NCBI GenBank assembly: GCA_013416795.1
Contig: RQSC01000004.1
Span: forward strand, 208,787-272,786
Reading direction: 5' to 3'
Source: Prasinococcaceae sp. CCMP 1430
Taxonomy: Eukaryota > Plantae > Prasinodermophyta
DNA length: 64,000 nucleotides
The stretch's first letter is position 1, and every line of letters begins with the position of its first letter. Positions 1 to 11,436 of this stretch are shown here, piece after piece. The translations under genes were made by a program, and so were the position numbers. The notes under the pieces were generated by a model. It made no database searches, was not told the origin of the DNA, and worked only from the letters and a program-made list of their open reading frames with translations.

Positions 1-449
1 CCAAGCCCCTCGCCGCCTGCTCCCACCCCACCCCCCGCCCGGCGCGTGGACGCGGCGCCGTCGCCGCCCACGGGGGTCCGATTCGTCGCCAATCCGCACA
101 TCCCACTCCCTCTCATGCACCAAAACGTAGTGTAGAACTAACTACCCACGGGCGACTTTATACATCAAATCGCGTGCAGCCAGCGCCAGCTGCTCGTATC
201 GCCCGCCACGTGCCTGGGACGGAGTCTCAGATATTTCTCCGGCATGCAGGCTCGAATTGGCGCGGCGCTGCCAGAGCGCGCGCGCCTGGGGGTGGCGCGC
301 GACGTCGCCCTCGGCGCGCCCGCCATGGCGCATCAGAGGGCGGCCGCCGCTGCTTGCGGGGATTCATCTCTACTTCTGGCAGAGAGGCCAGACAGGAAGC
401 GCGCGCCGCCGCGTCGGAGGCGTCGCCGTCCTGGCGGCGATCCGGCCAA

Positions 450-1343
450 GGGGTGAGCGCCGCAGTCCAGCCCGACGAGCTGCGGCACCCGCTGGACCGG
501 GAGAACACGCGCCTGCTGCGCTCGCTTCCCGGCCTGGACGCCGCCGCGCGCGTGCTGCTGCCGCCCGGCGCGGAGGAAGTGCTCGCGCTCGAGTCCATCG
601 CCACGTCCGTGCTGTGCTCCGAGCGCCAGCTGCCGCGCGTGCACGCGATGGCGTGCCGCGCCGCGCGCGTGCTGGGCCTCGAGCGCACCCCCGAGGTCTA
701 CGTGCGCCAGTCGCCCACGCCGAACGCGCAAGCGTGCGCGCTCGGCGGCCGCGCGCCCTTCATCGTGCTGCACACGTCGCTGCTGGAGCTGCTCGACGAC
801 GACGAGCTCACCGCCGTGCTCGCGCACGAATGCGCGCACATCCGCTGCGAGCACGGCGTCTACCTGTCGCTCGCGAGCGCGATGGCGGCGGGCGCCGCCG
901 CGGCGCCCGGGCTGGGCGCGCTCGTTTCGTCGCCGCTCGAGGACGAGCTCGCGCGGTGGCTGCGCGCCGCCGAGCTCACGTGCGACCGGGCGGCGCTGCT
1001 CGTGGTGCGCGAGCCGCGCGTGGTCGTGTCGGCGCTCATGAAGCTCGCGGGAGGCGCGCCGAGCCTGGCCGGCGAGCTCTCCGCGGACGCCTTCCTGCAG
1101 CAGGCCAGGCGCTACGATGAGGCGACCGGCGATGCAGGCGCGATGGGCTGGTGGCTGCGCTCCGCCCACACGCGGCGGCTCAGCCACCCCCTGCCGGTCC
1201 TGCGCGCGCGCGAGGTCGACGCGTTCGCCTCGAGCAAGCAGTTCGCGGCGCTCTCGGAGAGGGTGTACGGCGCGGCCGCGGGGCAGCAGGAGGCGCGCGC
1301 TGCGGACGCGGGCGCAGCGAGCGGGCCGGGGGCCAGCGCGTGA
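450..1343 (+). CDS. Peptidase M48 (Ste24/HtpX-like) zinc metalloprotease, plant/cyanobacterial type; 5' end unresolved
   Basis: ELRHPLD N-terminal motif, VYVRQSPTPNA, zinc motif VLAHECAH (HExxH), RAAELTCDRAALL, SHPLPVLRARE. No in-frame ATG upstream of the conserved region, so the start is approximate. Confidence 0.85.
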   Translation, partial: GVSAAVQPDELRHPLDRENTRLLRSLPGLDAAARVLLPPGAEEVLALESIATSVLCSERQLPRVHAMACRAARVLGLERTPEVYVRQSPTPNAQACALGGRAPFIVLHTSLLELLDDDELTAVLAHECAHIRCEHGVYLSLASAMAAGAAAAPGLGALVSSPLEDELARWLRAAELTCDRAALLVVREPRVVVSALMKLAGGAPSLAGELSADAFLQQARRYDEATGDAGAMGWWLRSAHTRRLSHPLPVLRAREVDAFASSKQFAALSERVYGAAAGQQEARAADAGAASGPGASA

Positions 1344-1579
1344 TGGCCAGCGCTGCGACGCCAGCCGCGGGACACATCCGCGCGCTCGCCGCAGGAGTAT
1401 GCAAACATGGGGACGCCGCGTGCGTTTTCTCTTGATAAAAAGTTTTTTTTTTGGTCACGTGTCAGCTCCTGCTCGCGCGCGCGTGGAAGGAAGAAGCACC
1501 TCCCGCCGCGAATCGGCGAGCCACCGCAAGAGGGACTGCCGCCAAGGCAACGCTACAGGACGCCACGCTGTCACAGCGG

Positions 1580-3602
1580 CTAGTGGTTGGAACGTCGCGG
1601 CCGGGCGATGACCTCGGCACGCGCGCTGACCAGGGCCGCGTTCCTCGGGCCGCGCCTGCGGTACTCGGCGACCTGGCGCTCGAAGAGTGCCTCGGCCGCG
1701 CGGTACAGATCGATGTCGTCTGCCAGATACGCCAGAACATCCGGCGAGCCTCGCGCGAAGCTGAGGAGGTCCTCCGTCGACAGCAGGTGGGTGCCCCCTG
1801 CCGCGTGCTCGCCAACCCCCGCGGCCGCCCGCGCGCGCGCCTCCTCCGCGAGCGGCCCGCCATTCTGGTTGCTCTTGAATCCGCTCAGCGCCGAGAACGG
1901 TAGGCCGGTTGCCTCCGACCACAGCTCCAGACTGAGCTCCTCCTGTGCCAGCAGCCCAATCGCGGAGAACTGCGTCTCGAGACCACCCCCGCGCGTGACC
2001 AGCATGCCATTGGTGGGCGTGTGCGGCTTGCCGTCGGATCCCGTGATCGGCTCGTTCGCCGCGCGCACCTGCACGCACTGGTCGTGCTGAGCCGAGCAGT
2101 CGAGCGGCAGCAGCGCGTTGTCCAGCAGCCGGCGGGTCGCGTAGCTCCCCCAGTGCGAGGCGAAGACGATGAGGTTGCTGCTGGTGCTCTCGGTGTTGTT
2201 GGCGTACGACGCCTTGTACATGCCGCAGAGCGCATCGATCGTCCAGCCTGAGGTGCAGTACCTGAAGGCGCTCACCATGCGCTCGATCGGCTCGCGGAAC
2301 ATGTGAAGCGCCACCACGGGCGGCGGCGCGCGAGGCGCACGCGCGGGGTGACCCGGCGGGTAGCACCGCGCGCAGCGCCCATAGCCCTCACCGCAGTCCC
2401 CCGTGAGGGCGAGCATGCGGTCCATCATCATGGTGTGGCACACGCGCGACGCCCAGTTCTCCGGGTCTGCCACGCCCGCGCAGCACGAGCCGGGTGCGCC
2501 CCCTTCGTCCGCCGCGCACTCGCGCGGGCCGTACGGGTGCCTGAACTTTGGGCGCGAGGAGTTGGTCGGCGCGACGACGGCGGCGCGATTGCACATGTAA
2601 CCAAGCACGTGCCTCAGGGTGGACGAGCCGGCCTTCTGAGAGTTGAGTATTGCCACGAGTGCCGCCGAATAGCTCCCGAGGTCGGCGCCCCCCTGGTCGC
2701 CTCGAGTGAAGTAGTTCGGCAGCACCGAGCTCGAGAGCGGCCACAGGCCGCGCTGCCAGCCGGGCGCGCCGTCCGGGCACGGGAGTGCGGCCTCGGCGGC
2801 CCGGGCGAAAGCCTGGTCGGCCACGAAGCGCGCACGCGCCGCGAAGGGGCTCGTCGTCGTCGCGTTGAGCGCCGCCAGGGCCTCCCCCGCCGCGGCATCG
2901 GCGGCGGCTCTAGCTTCGGCAGTCGGCGGCACGTTGGCGCAGCCACGGAAGTGGCGCGTGAGCACTTCGCCTGCCGCGTGTGCGCACATGCGCGGTGCAG
3001 CCAGCGCGGATGCCACCTCGCCAGCGCGCGTCACGGCCAGCTTTTTGGCAAGCTCTTCACGGTCAGGGAGCTGCATGATGTTGAAAACGCCAGCAAAGCC
3101 GCGCTCGCGCACGAACTTGGGCGTGCGAAAGCCGTCCGCGTACGGGCCCTGAGGGTGGTTGGGGAATCCTATGCGCACGGGGCGCGGGTTCCGAAGGAGT
3201 GCGCACGTGGCCCGGCCAGCTGGCGCGTCAGTCAATCGTGGCGGTGCTACACCGCACGCATACACCAACCTGCGAAGGCGCCAACTACTGAAGCAGGAGG
3301 GACGCGCCGATCGGGCGGCGTCGACGCGACGTACCGCCGATGGCTGTGCACTCCCATTGCAGGCGCGTGGGCAGCTCGCGCTCGCGCACGCCGTGCACGA
3401 GCCATGCGTCCGGTCCGTCGCCACCACCTGCAGCCGTGCCAATCGCGGCTGCCGTCGCGGCGTCGCCGCCCGAGGCCGTCGAGAAGAAACCCTGTGCGCC
3501 CGCTCCCACCACGCAACAGTTCGCCGCGCATGCCAGCACCGCCGCCACCAAAACTGCCCACAGGTCACCTCCCACAGTCGGCCGACGGCCCGCGCCCACC
3601 AT
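1580..3602 (-). CDS. Secretory-pathway sulfotransferase (Sulfotransfer_2 / Gal-3-O-sulfotransferase-like), 2 exons (3602-3335, 3168-1580)
   Basis: PAPS-binding motifs SQKAGSST and FREPIERMVSAFRY, and C-terminal DIDLY. N-terminal hydrophobic anchor LWAVLVAAVLACAA. Phase-1 intron GTACGT...CTGAC...CATAG (3334-3169) joins the two frames. Confidence 0.7.
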
Positions 3603-4056
3603 TGCCTCAGCGAAACGCAGCCCGCGCGTCTTTTCCTGCGCGGCGATGCGCGTCGTCGGCCTCGACGGGTGGGCCGAAGGACTGTCAAAGGAGCCGGCGT
3701 CGCACCGCCGTGCGCGCGCTCCCGAACGGCGCCTGCGCGCGCCCGCGGCGCGCGTCGCGCGCGGGGGCGCACCCCACCGGCGCGCCGCGCGTCGCTGGGT
3801 GTGTGGCGGCGCGCGCTCGCCGGCGGTTCCACCGCTGTCAGGCTGTTGGCGGCGCGCCCTCGGATCCCAGGCCGGAGCGGAGCGGACCGTTGACACTGAC
3901 AGCCAGGCGGCGGAAGATCCGACCCATCGGATTGCAACCTCGGATGGGCCCCGGGATTGATTGAGACTTCGACCTATTTGGGTCAAGAAAAAATAGGGTT
4001 AGGATCACTAGGCAAGCGCGCGGCCGGCCGGCGCTGGCGCGGCCACCGCCGGTGCG

Positions 4057-4959
4057 CTACCGGGGGTCGCGGCGAGCGCCCTCGTCGTCGTCGCTCCCCC
4101 CTCGCCTGCGCCACCGGCTGCCGTCGTCATCCACGCGCGCGCCGACGAGCTCCGGGTGCGGCGCGGGCTCGATGCGCCACTCGCGTCGCAGCGACTCGAG
4201 GTCCTCGTGTAGGTGCTCCTCGTAGTAGATGCACAGGAGGTCGGCGCAGCGCGTGCCCGCGCGGAGGGCCCACGGCGCGTAGATGGCATACGCGCGCGCC
4301 GCTTGCGCGGGAGGCAGTCGCAGCGGGCCGCCCAGTCCGCTAAGAAGCGCCATCGGCAGCCCGGTGTGCGCGGCCTCGACCCACTTGAGGGCAACCTCGC
4401 CCGGGACGGTCGTACCGCAGCCGAAGAGCACGTGCCAGAAGTCGTGTACCTCCCTCGCGCGCTGCGCGACATAGGCCACATCACCCTGTAGGAAGCGTGC
4501 GGGGGGTCGCTCCTCGGGCTCGAAGCGGCGCCCGCGCATGAACGCTGCGTACGCTGCACCGAGCGTGCGAGGCGCGCATGCTTCGGCTTCCTCAAGCGTC
4601 GCCAAAGTCAGACGCGGCCGCTCGCTCAGGATGCGTGCGCCTGTCGGGTCGGCGGCCATGCGCGCGGTCAGCCGCTCAAATGTGGCTTCGCCGGTTGTCT
4701 CGCCCAGCGCGGCCACCAGGTCCGCACGCGCCGGCCGTAGCAGAGCGCCGATGGCCGAGCCTGCTGCCACTGCTGCGCGTTGCACTGGGGATAGCGGCGT
4801 GTAGTGCGTCGAGAATTCGCCCGCACCGTCCGCGCCGCCCGCGCGACCACCGCCCGCGCGTCTGCCACTGCTTCGTGTACTGTTGCCCTCCCCGTCACCA
4901 CCCCCACCAGCAGCCGCAACCTCCGCCCCTGCCGCGTCCGACCCGCCCCCCGCTCCCAT
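4057..4959 (-). CDS. COQ4: Ubiquinone biosynthesis protein COQ4
   Basis: PARADLVAALGETTG, DPTGARILSERPR, zinc motif REVHDFWHVLFG...GEVALKWVE, GLPM, YYEEH...LR. The start ATG at 4959 is tentative. Confidence 0.93.
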   Translation of the reverse strand: MGAGGGSDAAGAEVAAAGGGGDGEGNSTRSSGRRAGGGRAGGADGAGEFSTHYTPLSPVQRAAVAAGSAIGALLRPARADLVAALGETTGEATFERLTARMAADPTGARILSERPRLTLATLEEAEACAPRTLGAAYAAFMRGRRFEPEERPPARFLQGDVAYVAQRAREVHDFWHVLFGCGTTVPGEVALKWVEAAHTGLPMALLSGLGGPLRLPPAQAARAYAIYAPWALRAGTRCADLLCIYYEEHLHEDLESLRREWRIEPAPHPELVGARVDDDGSRWRRRGGSDDDEGARRDPR

Positions 4960-5488
4960 CGCGCCCGCAGCTCGACGCGAAACGCTCGCGCCGCAGCAGA
5001 GCGCCGGCTGCGGCGCAAAGCGCGGCGAGGCCGCGGCAGCCGCGTCTCCATTGTCAATCGGCGGACGACTGGTTGGTTTGTTTTGCGGGCCACGCGGCGG
5101 CGGCGGCGGCGGTGGCACGGGCAAGCGCCATCGCCGCAGGCTACCTCCGGCGCTGTATCGCTGCCCCGGCCCAGCGAGCTCACGCGCCGTGCGCCGGCGC
5201 CGCACGTGCACGATGTGGCGCGCCCACCATGAGAAACTGAGTGTGGGGCACGGTGTTCTTCTGGAGGCTTGTCGGCCACGCGCCGGTAAAAAGGGGAGCG
5301 CAGCGCGGCTTGCGAGTGCACACACTGCGCGGCCGGGACGCTGCGAGGGGAGGGTGGGGTGGGTAGACCCGCCCCACTCAGCGCTGCGCGTGCACCAGAG
5401 GCGCCCCCCGAAACATGAGCTTAGCAGCGCGCGCCTGACATCCGCACCCCGCGCCCCGCTCGTTGCGTCTTCTGCGCCTGCTACGAAC

Positions 5489-8400
5489 ATGACGGGCCGC
5501 GCGACGGAGAGGCCGCCGCTGCAGTTCTCTGCAGGGCGCGCGGCATACGGCGGCCCGCCCAAGCCCGCAGCGGGCGGAGGCGAGGACGAGGGCGGAGATG
5601 GGAACGGGGGCGGAGGTGAGGGTGGATCCGCGGCCCAAGGCGACGCACTGCGCGCGCTGGCCGGGGGCGCCGCGCCCGCACCCATCCGGCGCTACCATGA
5701 CGGCAGCCACAAGGCGTACATGGTTGGCAAGGTCGCCAAGCTGCACGAGCAGGGCGACTCCGCACGCGCACTGGCCGTGCTTGCTGTCAATGAATCTTCT
5801 GATGCGCTGTCTGGCGTGGGCGTGTTCGTCAACGGCGGCACGTCGCCACCGAAGGCCGAGCTCTCCGATCTGGTGCTCGCGCACGGAGGCACCGTCGAGA
5901 ACTACCAGACACCCCGTGTTACGCACATCGTTGCGGACCAGCTCCCCGTGGCCAAGCTGCGCGACTTGGGATGGGCCAGGGGGAAGCCTGTCGTGCGCGC
6001 AAAATGGGTGCTGGACTCCATTCGCGCAAAGACCAGGTTGCCTGTGGGTGAGTACCTCCTCATGGCGCACGCGTATGGAGATCCGAGGCAAGGCAGACTG
6101 CGTGGCATGATGCCGTCTCAGCCGCAGCCGCAGCCGGAGCCGCGGCCGCAGCCGCGTGAGCAGGGAGGCGCGGGCTCTCCGCGCGGTCCACGCTCGCCAG
6201 CGCGTCCACTTGACCCCGCTCAGGAGTTCGCAGCGCGCGCGCGCGAGGAGGCCGGCCGTCGCTGGCGGCTGAGCGGCCCGCCGCTGAGCTCCCGCGACAA
6301 CCCACGCCACTGCATCGACTACTGGCAATGCTCACGGCTCAATTTCCTCGGTCGCTGGAGGTCGCGAATCGATAAGCTCATTGATGCACTGCCGTCATCG
6401 CAGCCGCAGCACCATCTGCATCAGAAGCAGCCGGCGGGCGGACTCGGCGCGGCTGCGGACACGTACGCATTCGCCGAGCGGCCCGAGCGAGTGATCATAC
6501 ATGTGGACATGGACTGCTTTTTCGCGTCGGTTTCCACGCGGGGCGTGCCTGAATTGGAGGGGCGCGCGGTCGCAGTATCGCACAGCGCAAACGAGACCGG
6601 CCGTGGCGAGGTATCTGCCGCCAACTACGCCGCACGCGCCAGGGGGGTGCGCGCGAACATGCGGATGTGCGACGCCGTTGAGCTCTGCCCAGACCTTGTA
6701 GTCATGCCGTACGACTTCGACGCGTACACCGAGGCATCCGAGGCAGTCTACCGTGTCATTTTGAGCATTGTTGGCGCCAACCGAGTGAAGCCACACAGCT
6801 GCGACGAGGCCTACCTTGACGCCACGGGGCTCGGCGACCCGCTTGTCCTCGCCGGACGCATTCGCACCGCCATACGCGAGGCCACCGGCCTGCCAGCCAG
6901 CTGCGGCTGCGGCCCCAACACCCTGATGGCCATGCTTGCCACGCGCAAAGCCAAGCCCGATGGAGCCGCGTACATTACGCAAGCGGAAGCCGAAGCGCAC
7001 ATACAGTCGCTTCCCGCCAAGGATCTTCCTGGCGTTGGCTGGCGCACCGCGCGCAAGCTTGACGAGCTGGGTGTGCGCACGTGCGCCGACGTGAAGCGCC
7101 TATCGCGCACCAAGCTCGCGGCGGTGCTCGGCGCCCAGCTTGGGGCAGACCTGTACAAGTACTGCCGAGGCATCGATGATCGGCCTTTCGAGCTCTCCAA
7201 GGAGCGCAAGAGCGTGCAGGCGGAGTGCAACTACGGCATCCGGCTGGATAACGTGCCCATGGCAGAACACTTTGTGCGGCAGTGCGCCGAGGAGGCCTGC
7301 AACCGCCTGCGCGAGGCCAAGCGCCTCGCGCGGGGCATCACGCTCAAGCTGATGAAGCGTAAGGCCAATGCCAAGGAACCGTACAAGTTCATGGGTCACG
7401 GTCCGTGTGACGACTTTAGCCGGTCGTTCACGCTCCACGAGGCGACCGGGGCGACCGAGGTGGTATGTCGGACAGCGGTATCGCTCTTCCATCAGCTCAA
7501 GATCTCACCCGAGGACGTCCGCGGAATGGGCGTCCAGCTCACGAAGCTGCTTCGACCGTCGGAGGTGGTCGGCACCAAAACGCTTGAGAGCCTCTTTGGT
7601 GACGCTGCCGGATCAACCCGCGGCGTGGCGACCGCCGAGGGGGACGCGCTGGCCGTGGGCGGAGACTTCATGCCGTCGCGAAGCAGCGCGGCAGACAAGC
7701 GCAGAAAGGACCGCCGCAGGTCGGTCCGCTTCGACAGCGTCGTCTCAGTGGAGGGCGCCGAGGACACGCGCCTGACTGCAGCAAGAGAGGGCGGTGCCGG
7801 GGGCGATGCCAAAGAGGGCGACGGCAGCAGCGGTGACGACGGCGACGACCGCAGCGATTTCGACCTTGGGTCCAGTGCAAGGGCGGCGCTCGCGCGCACG
7901 AAGCGCACCCCCGAACCCGAAGCAGGTAGAGATGCCGCTGGCGCAAGCGAGTTCACCGCCTCGCAGCTGTCGGCGCTGCGCCCCTTCGCGGGTGAGGGCG
8001 CCACCGATGATGTGCTCGTAGCGGCGTTGCGCTCCGCCAACGGCAACAGGGAGCTTGCCATCAACGCCATTCTTGACGGCGCACATGGCAGCGTGTCCGG
8101 TACGAGAGCCGGTGGAGAGGCAGCCACGCTGGAGCGCCGAGGCGTGCCCGATCCGAGCCCAAGCCCGAGCCCCTCGCCGGGGCGTCGCAAGCGCCAGGTC
8201 ACCCTGACGCAGCTCAACATCTCGCCCTCGAGAGGAAAGCGCAGGCTGCTCGGAGTCGATGTCGAGGGCGTGGATGGCGCGCCACAGCAGCCGCGGCGAC
8301 AGCAGCAGCACGTGCAGTGGCCTCCGCCAGCGCGGGGGCGCTCGGCGCGCGGTCGCGCAGAGGAGGCTGCGCGCGAAGAGGCGGACGCGCTCGCGCAGAT

Positions 8401-9067
8401 GGTTGCCGTGGTAGGCGAAAGCGTACCACGCGACGATCTCTGGCGCTATCTGCGACGCGCCGGCGGCAAGGTCGATGCGGCCATCTGCGCCGCGCTGGAC
8501 GACCAGCATGCGCGTGCCAACAGGCTGCAGCCGCGACCCACCCTCGCCGCCGAGGCGGTCAGTCGCGCGCGTCCCGCTGAGGGTGGAGGGGGCGCCGACA
8601 CACTTTTCGGGTGGGAGGATGCGCCCGAATTTGGCGATGGTGACGACGCCTGTGATGCTGCGGGTGGGTGCGATCCAGTGCGAGCGCGCCGTGACGCGGG
8701 TGGTGACGGGAGTGGCGCCGCTTCCGCGGGTGGCGCAAGCGACGAGCATGTCATCCAAATCGATGACCTCGAGGCGCTTGAGGCTCTACTCAGCGACGTG
8801 ATCGCGCCGGTGCTCGAGGGCGTGCGCGCGAGTGGTAGCGAAGCCGAGGCTGAGGAGGCCACCGCTGAGGCGTGCAAGGCGCTCTGATTGGCCGTGCGTG
8901 CGTGTGTGGACATGCGCCTCGACGTGGCCGTCAGGGCGGTGCGGCGCGTGCGCGCCGTGGCAGGGCGGGTGCATGGGCTCGCCGACGTCGCGGAGAGGGT
9001 CGAAATGGAGCTGCGAGCGGCGGTCGCCGCGAGCTACGGCCAAGGTAGCACATTGGATGCGCCATGA
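5489..9067 (+). CDS. REV1: Y-family translesion polymerase REV1 (BRCT, catalytic core, PAD, CTD); in-frame TGA at 8885-8887, homology continues to 9067
   Basis: YMVGKVAKL-BRCT (THIVA, KPVVRAKWVLDSI), SRL N-digit, HVDMDCFFASV, NYAARARGV, SCDEAYLD, KAKPDG, LPGVGW, RKSV.AECNYGIR, KFMGHGPCD; CTD-like tail ending YGQGSTL. Confidence 0.95.
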
Positions 9068-9453
9068 CCTGCCTTTGCTGCGCGGTTTGGTGTCCAACGC
9101 AGGGAGTTGTGTGCGGCGATTGTCGTGTCTGGCAGCGTGTCACGTTGAGTGGCGCGTCGCATCTTGTTGTAAAGTGATATGTTAGCAGCCACAGTTGGAG
9201 TCGTGCGCGTTGGGACTGGCTGACTGTGGAAGGGCTCTGGCTCCTTAGCGGAGGCGCAAGTACCGGAGGGCTCGCCTGGCCCTTTCTGCCGAAGAACGTG
9301 CTCGGAGCTGTGGTGAGGTTTTTAGAACGCTGACGCACAGCGTTGTCGGGTTGTCTTATTTGTGCGGTTCATGCTATAAGAGCGAGGTGCACAAAGCGCT
9401 GACGAACAGCGCAGCAGTGCCCCTCGAGCGCCTCGCCTAGGTTCTCGCGTACT

Positions 9454-10335
9454 TTACTTGGTCATCATCATCTTGACGAACTCGTCGTAGTTGACCTGGC
9501 CGTCGCCATCGACGTCCGCCTCGCGGATCATCTCGTCGACCTCCTCGTCGGTGAGCTTCTCGCCGAGGTTGGTCATCACGTGGCGCAGCTCCGAGGCGGA
9601 GATGAAGCCGTTGCCGTCCTTGTCGAAGACCTTGAAGGCCTCCTTGAGCTCCTCGTCGGAGTCGCTGTCCTTCATCTTGCGCGCCATCAGGTTGAGGAAC
9701 TCGGGGAAGTCAATGGTGCCGTTGCCGTCGGCATCCACCTCGTTGATCATGTCCTGCAGCTCGGCCTCAGTGGGGTTCTGGCCGAGCGAGCGCATGACGG
9801 TGCCCAGCTCCTTGGTGGTGATGGTGCTGCAGTGGGCGGGGCCGGCGTTCGGTCAGCGCACAGCGACGGGAGGTCGCGCGCACGGCGACGCGAGGCGACG
9901 CGAGGGGGCGCGCGAGCGCTGCAATTCGGCAGCCAATAAAAATGCCCAACGCGCGGGGGGTGCAGGCCGCGCGCGCGAGGAGCCGAGTGTGCAGGCCTTC
10001 GGACGCCGCGAGAAAGGGCGCGGGAGGGGTGGCCACGGCTAGGGAAACGCTCAAGGCAAAAATTCTTTGAGACGTCACCCCTTTCCTGCTGCGCGCGCGG
10101 GGTGGAGGCGCGCGCGCGCGTGGCCCTCCCCCCCCCCCCCCCCCCCCCCCCCCCCGCGCGCGCGCGCGGAAAAAAAAAAAAGGGGATTCCCAGTGCAGGC
10201 CGCCCTCGTGCAAGCGCCAGCGCTGGCGCCCCCCCACAGGGCGGGCGCGCGCGTCGCGCTTGACTCACCCGTCGCCATCCTTGTCGAAGAGGGCGAACGC
10301 CTCCTTGAACTCGGCGATCTGCTCGTCGGTAAGCT
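9454..10335 (-). CDS. CAM: Calmodulin (exons 10335-10269 and 9826-9454; ATG-bearing first exon not located)
   Basis: [22 protein letters not shown]|[44 protein letters not shown]...; four EF hands; phase-2 intron GTGAGT...CTGAC...CTGCAG (10268-9827). Confidence 0.98.
10128..10155. repeat. C28 homopolymer (poly-G on the sense strand) in the calmodulin intron
   Basis: Read directly from the sequence. Confidence 0.9.
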
Positions 10336-10681
10336 CTGCGTGCGCGAGCGACGCCGCGTGCGCGAGCGCGGCGCGTCAGCCTCTCTCGCGCGTGTGCCTG
10401 CGCTGTTCCTTGCCCGTCCCCCCAAAAAAGCGTCGCCACGCGCGCGCCCGCACGCGCCAGCGCGCAGCGTGGCCGCGCGCGCGCCGATCGCCCGACACCG
10501 CAGGTCAAAACGCACCCGAGCGACGCGCGGCACCCCCCGCCCCGCCCCGCCCGGCGTCCAGTCAACACCAACAGAAGATGCGAGCGCGGGAACGGGGAAT
10601 CCCCACGTCACTTTGAACGCGGTCGCTCCGTTTTTCTTTTTTTGTGTGTGCGCTCACAACACGTACGTTTGCTCTTCGCGT

Positions 10682-10722
10682 CTGATTTTGATTTTGATTT
10701 TGATTTTGATTTGATTTGATTT
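10682..10722. repeat. (TGATTT)n microsatellite
   Basis: ctgattttgattttgattttgattttgatttgatttgattt. Confidence 0.85.
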
Positions 10723-11436
10723 CGGTCTAAAAAAAAAACGCTTCCGGCGCGGCGCGCCCCCGCGCAGCAGAGCAGAGGGTGCGCGCCGCGCGGCGGTGCG
10801 CACCCAGCGCAGACCAGAGGTGTACCCCGGTCTGGAGTCCCGACTCAGCGTTGGTGCTCCCGCGATGAAGGCAAATCCCCCGCGGGCCATCGCGTGGAGA
10901 CGTGGTTCGGTCGGCGGGCCCGCAGCGGGAGCTGCAGTGAGCACGCAGGAGGCGCGTTGGGGCGGAGGGGGGGGCTGCGCAGCACCCAACCGAACAATAA
11001 AGAGCGTCGGACTGATGCCGCGCCACCCGTCGATCGATAGCAGCAGTTCACACGCCGCCCGCTGGGAAGAAGGGTCTACGTTCAGTAGATTCAGATGTGA
11101 TATTTAGACTACTGTACTGCAATTTCCTTGTGTAGACGTTTGGGTTGAACCCTAATGGTGCAACGTCTCTATCCGATCGAGCCGCTGCCAGTTCAAAAAT
11201 AGGTTCGGTTCGGGCGCGTTCGAGAGCACGCGCACGAGGCCGCACGGGCGGCGGTTGCGGCAGAGGCGAGGTTGCGGGCGCAGCAGCGCGGCGGGGGAGG
11301 GTCGACCCTCCCCCCCCTAGCCGCTGCCTGCCGCCGCCCCGCGCGGCAGCGTGTGCGGCAGCGTGCGCGCGCTCACGCGCGGGCGTGGGCGCGCCCAGGG
11401 GGTAGCGGCCGGACGGGGAACGTGTGCGCGGAGGCG

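Noticed and set aside
3285-3290. Apparent in-frame TAG in the sulfotransferase
   Set aside because: It lies inside the predicted intron 3334-3169.
8885-9450. Selenocysteine or a reassigned genetic code at the REV1 TGA
   Set aside because: I see no SECIS-like AUGA..AA..GA element in the 3' region, and TGA terminates many other genes here normally.
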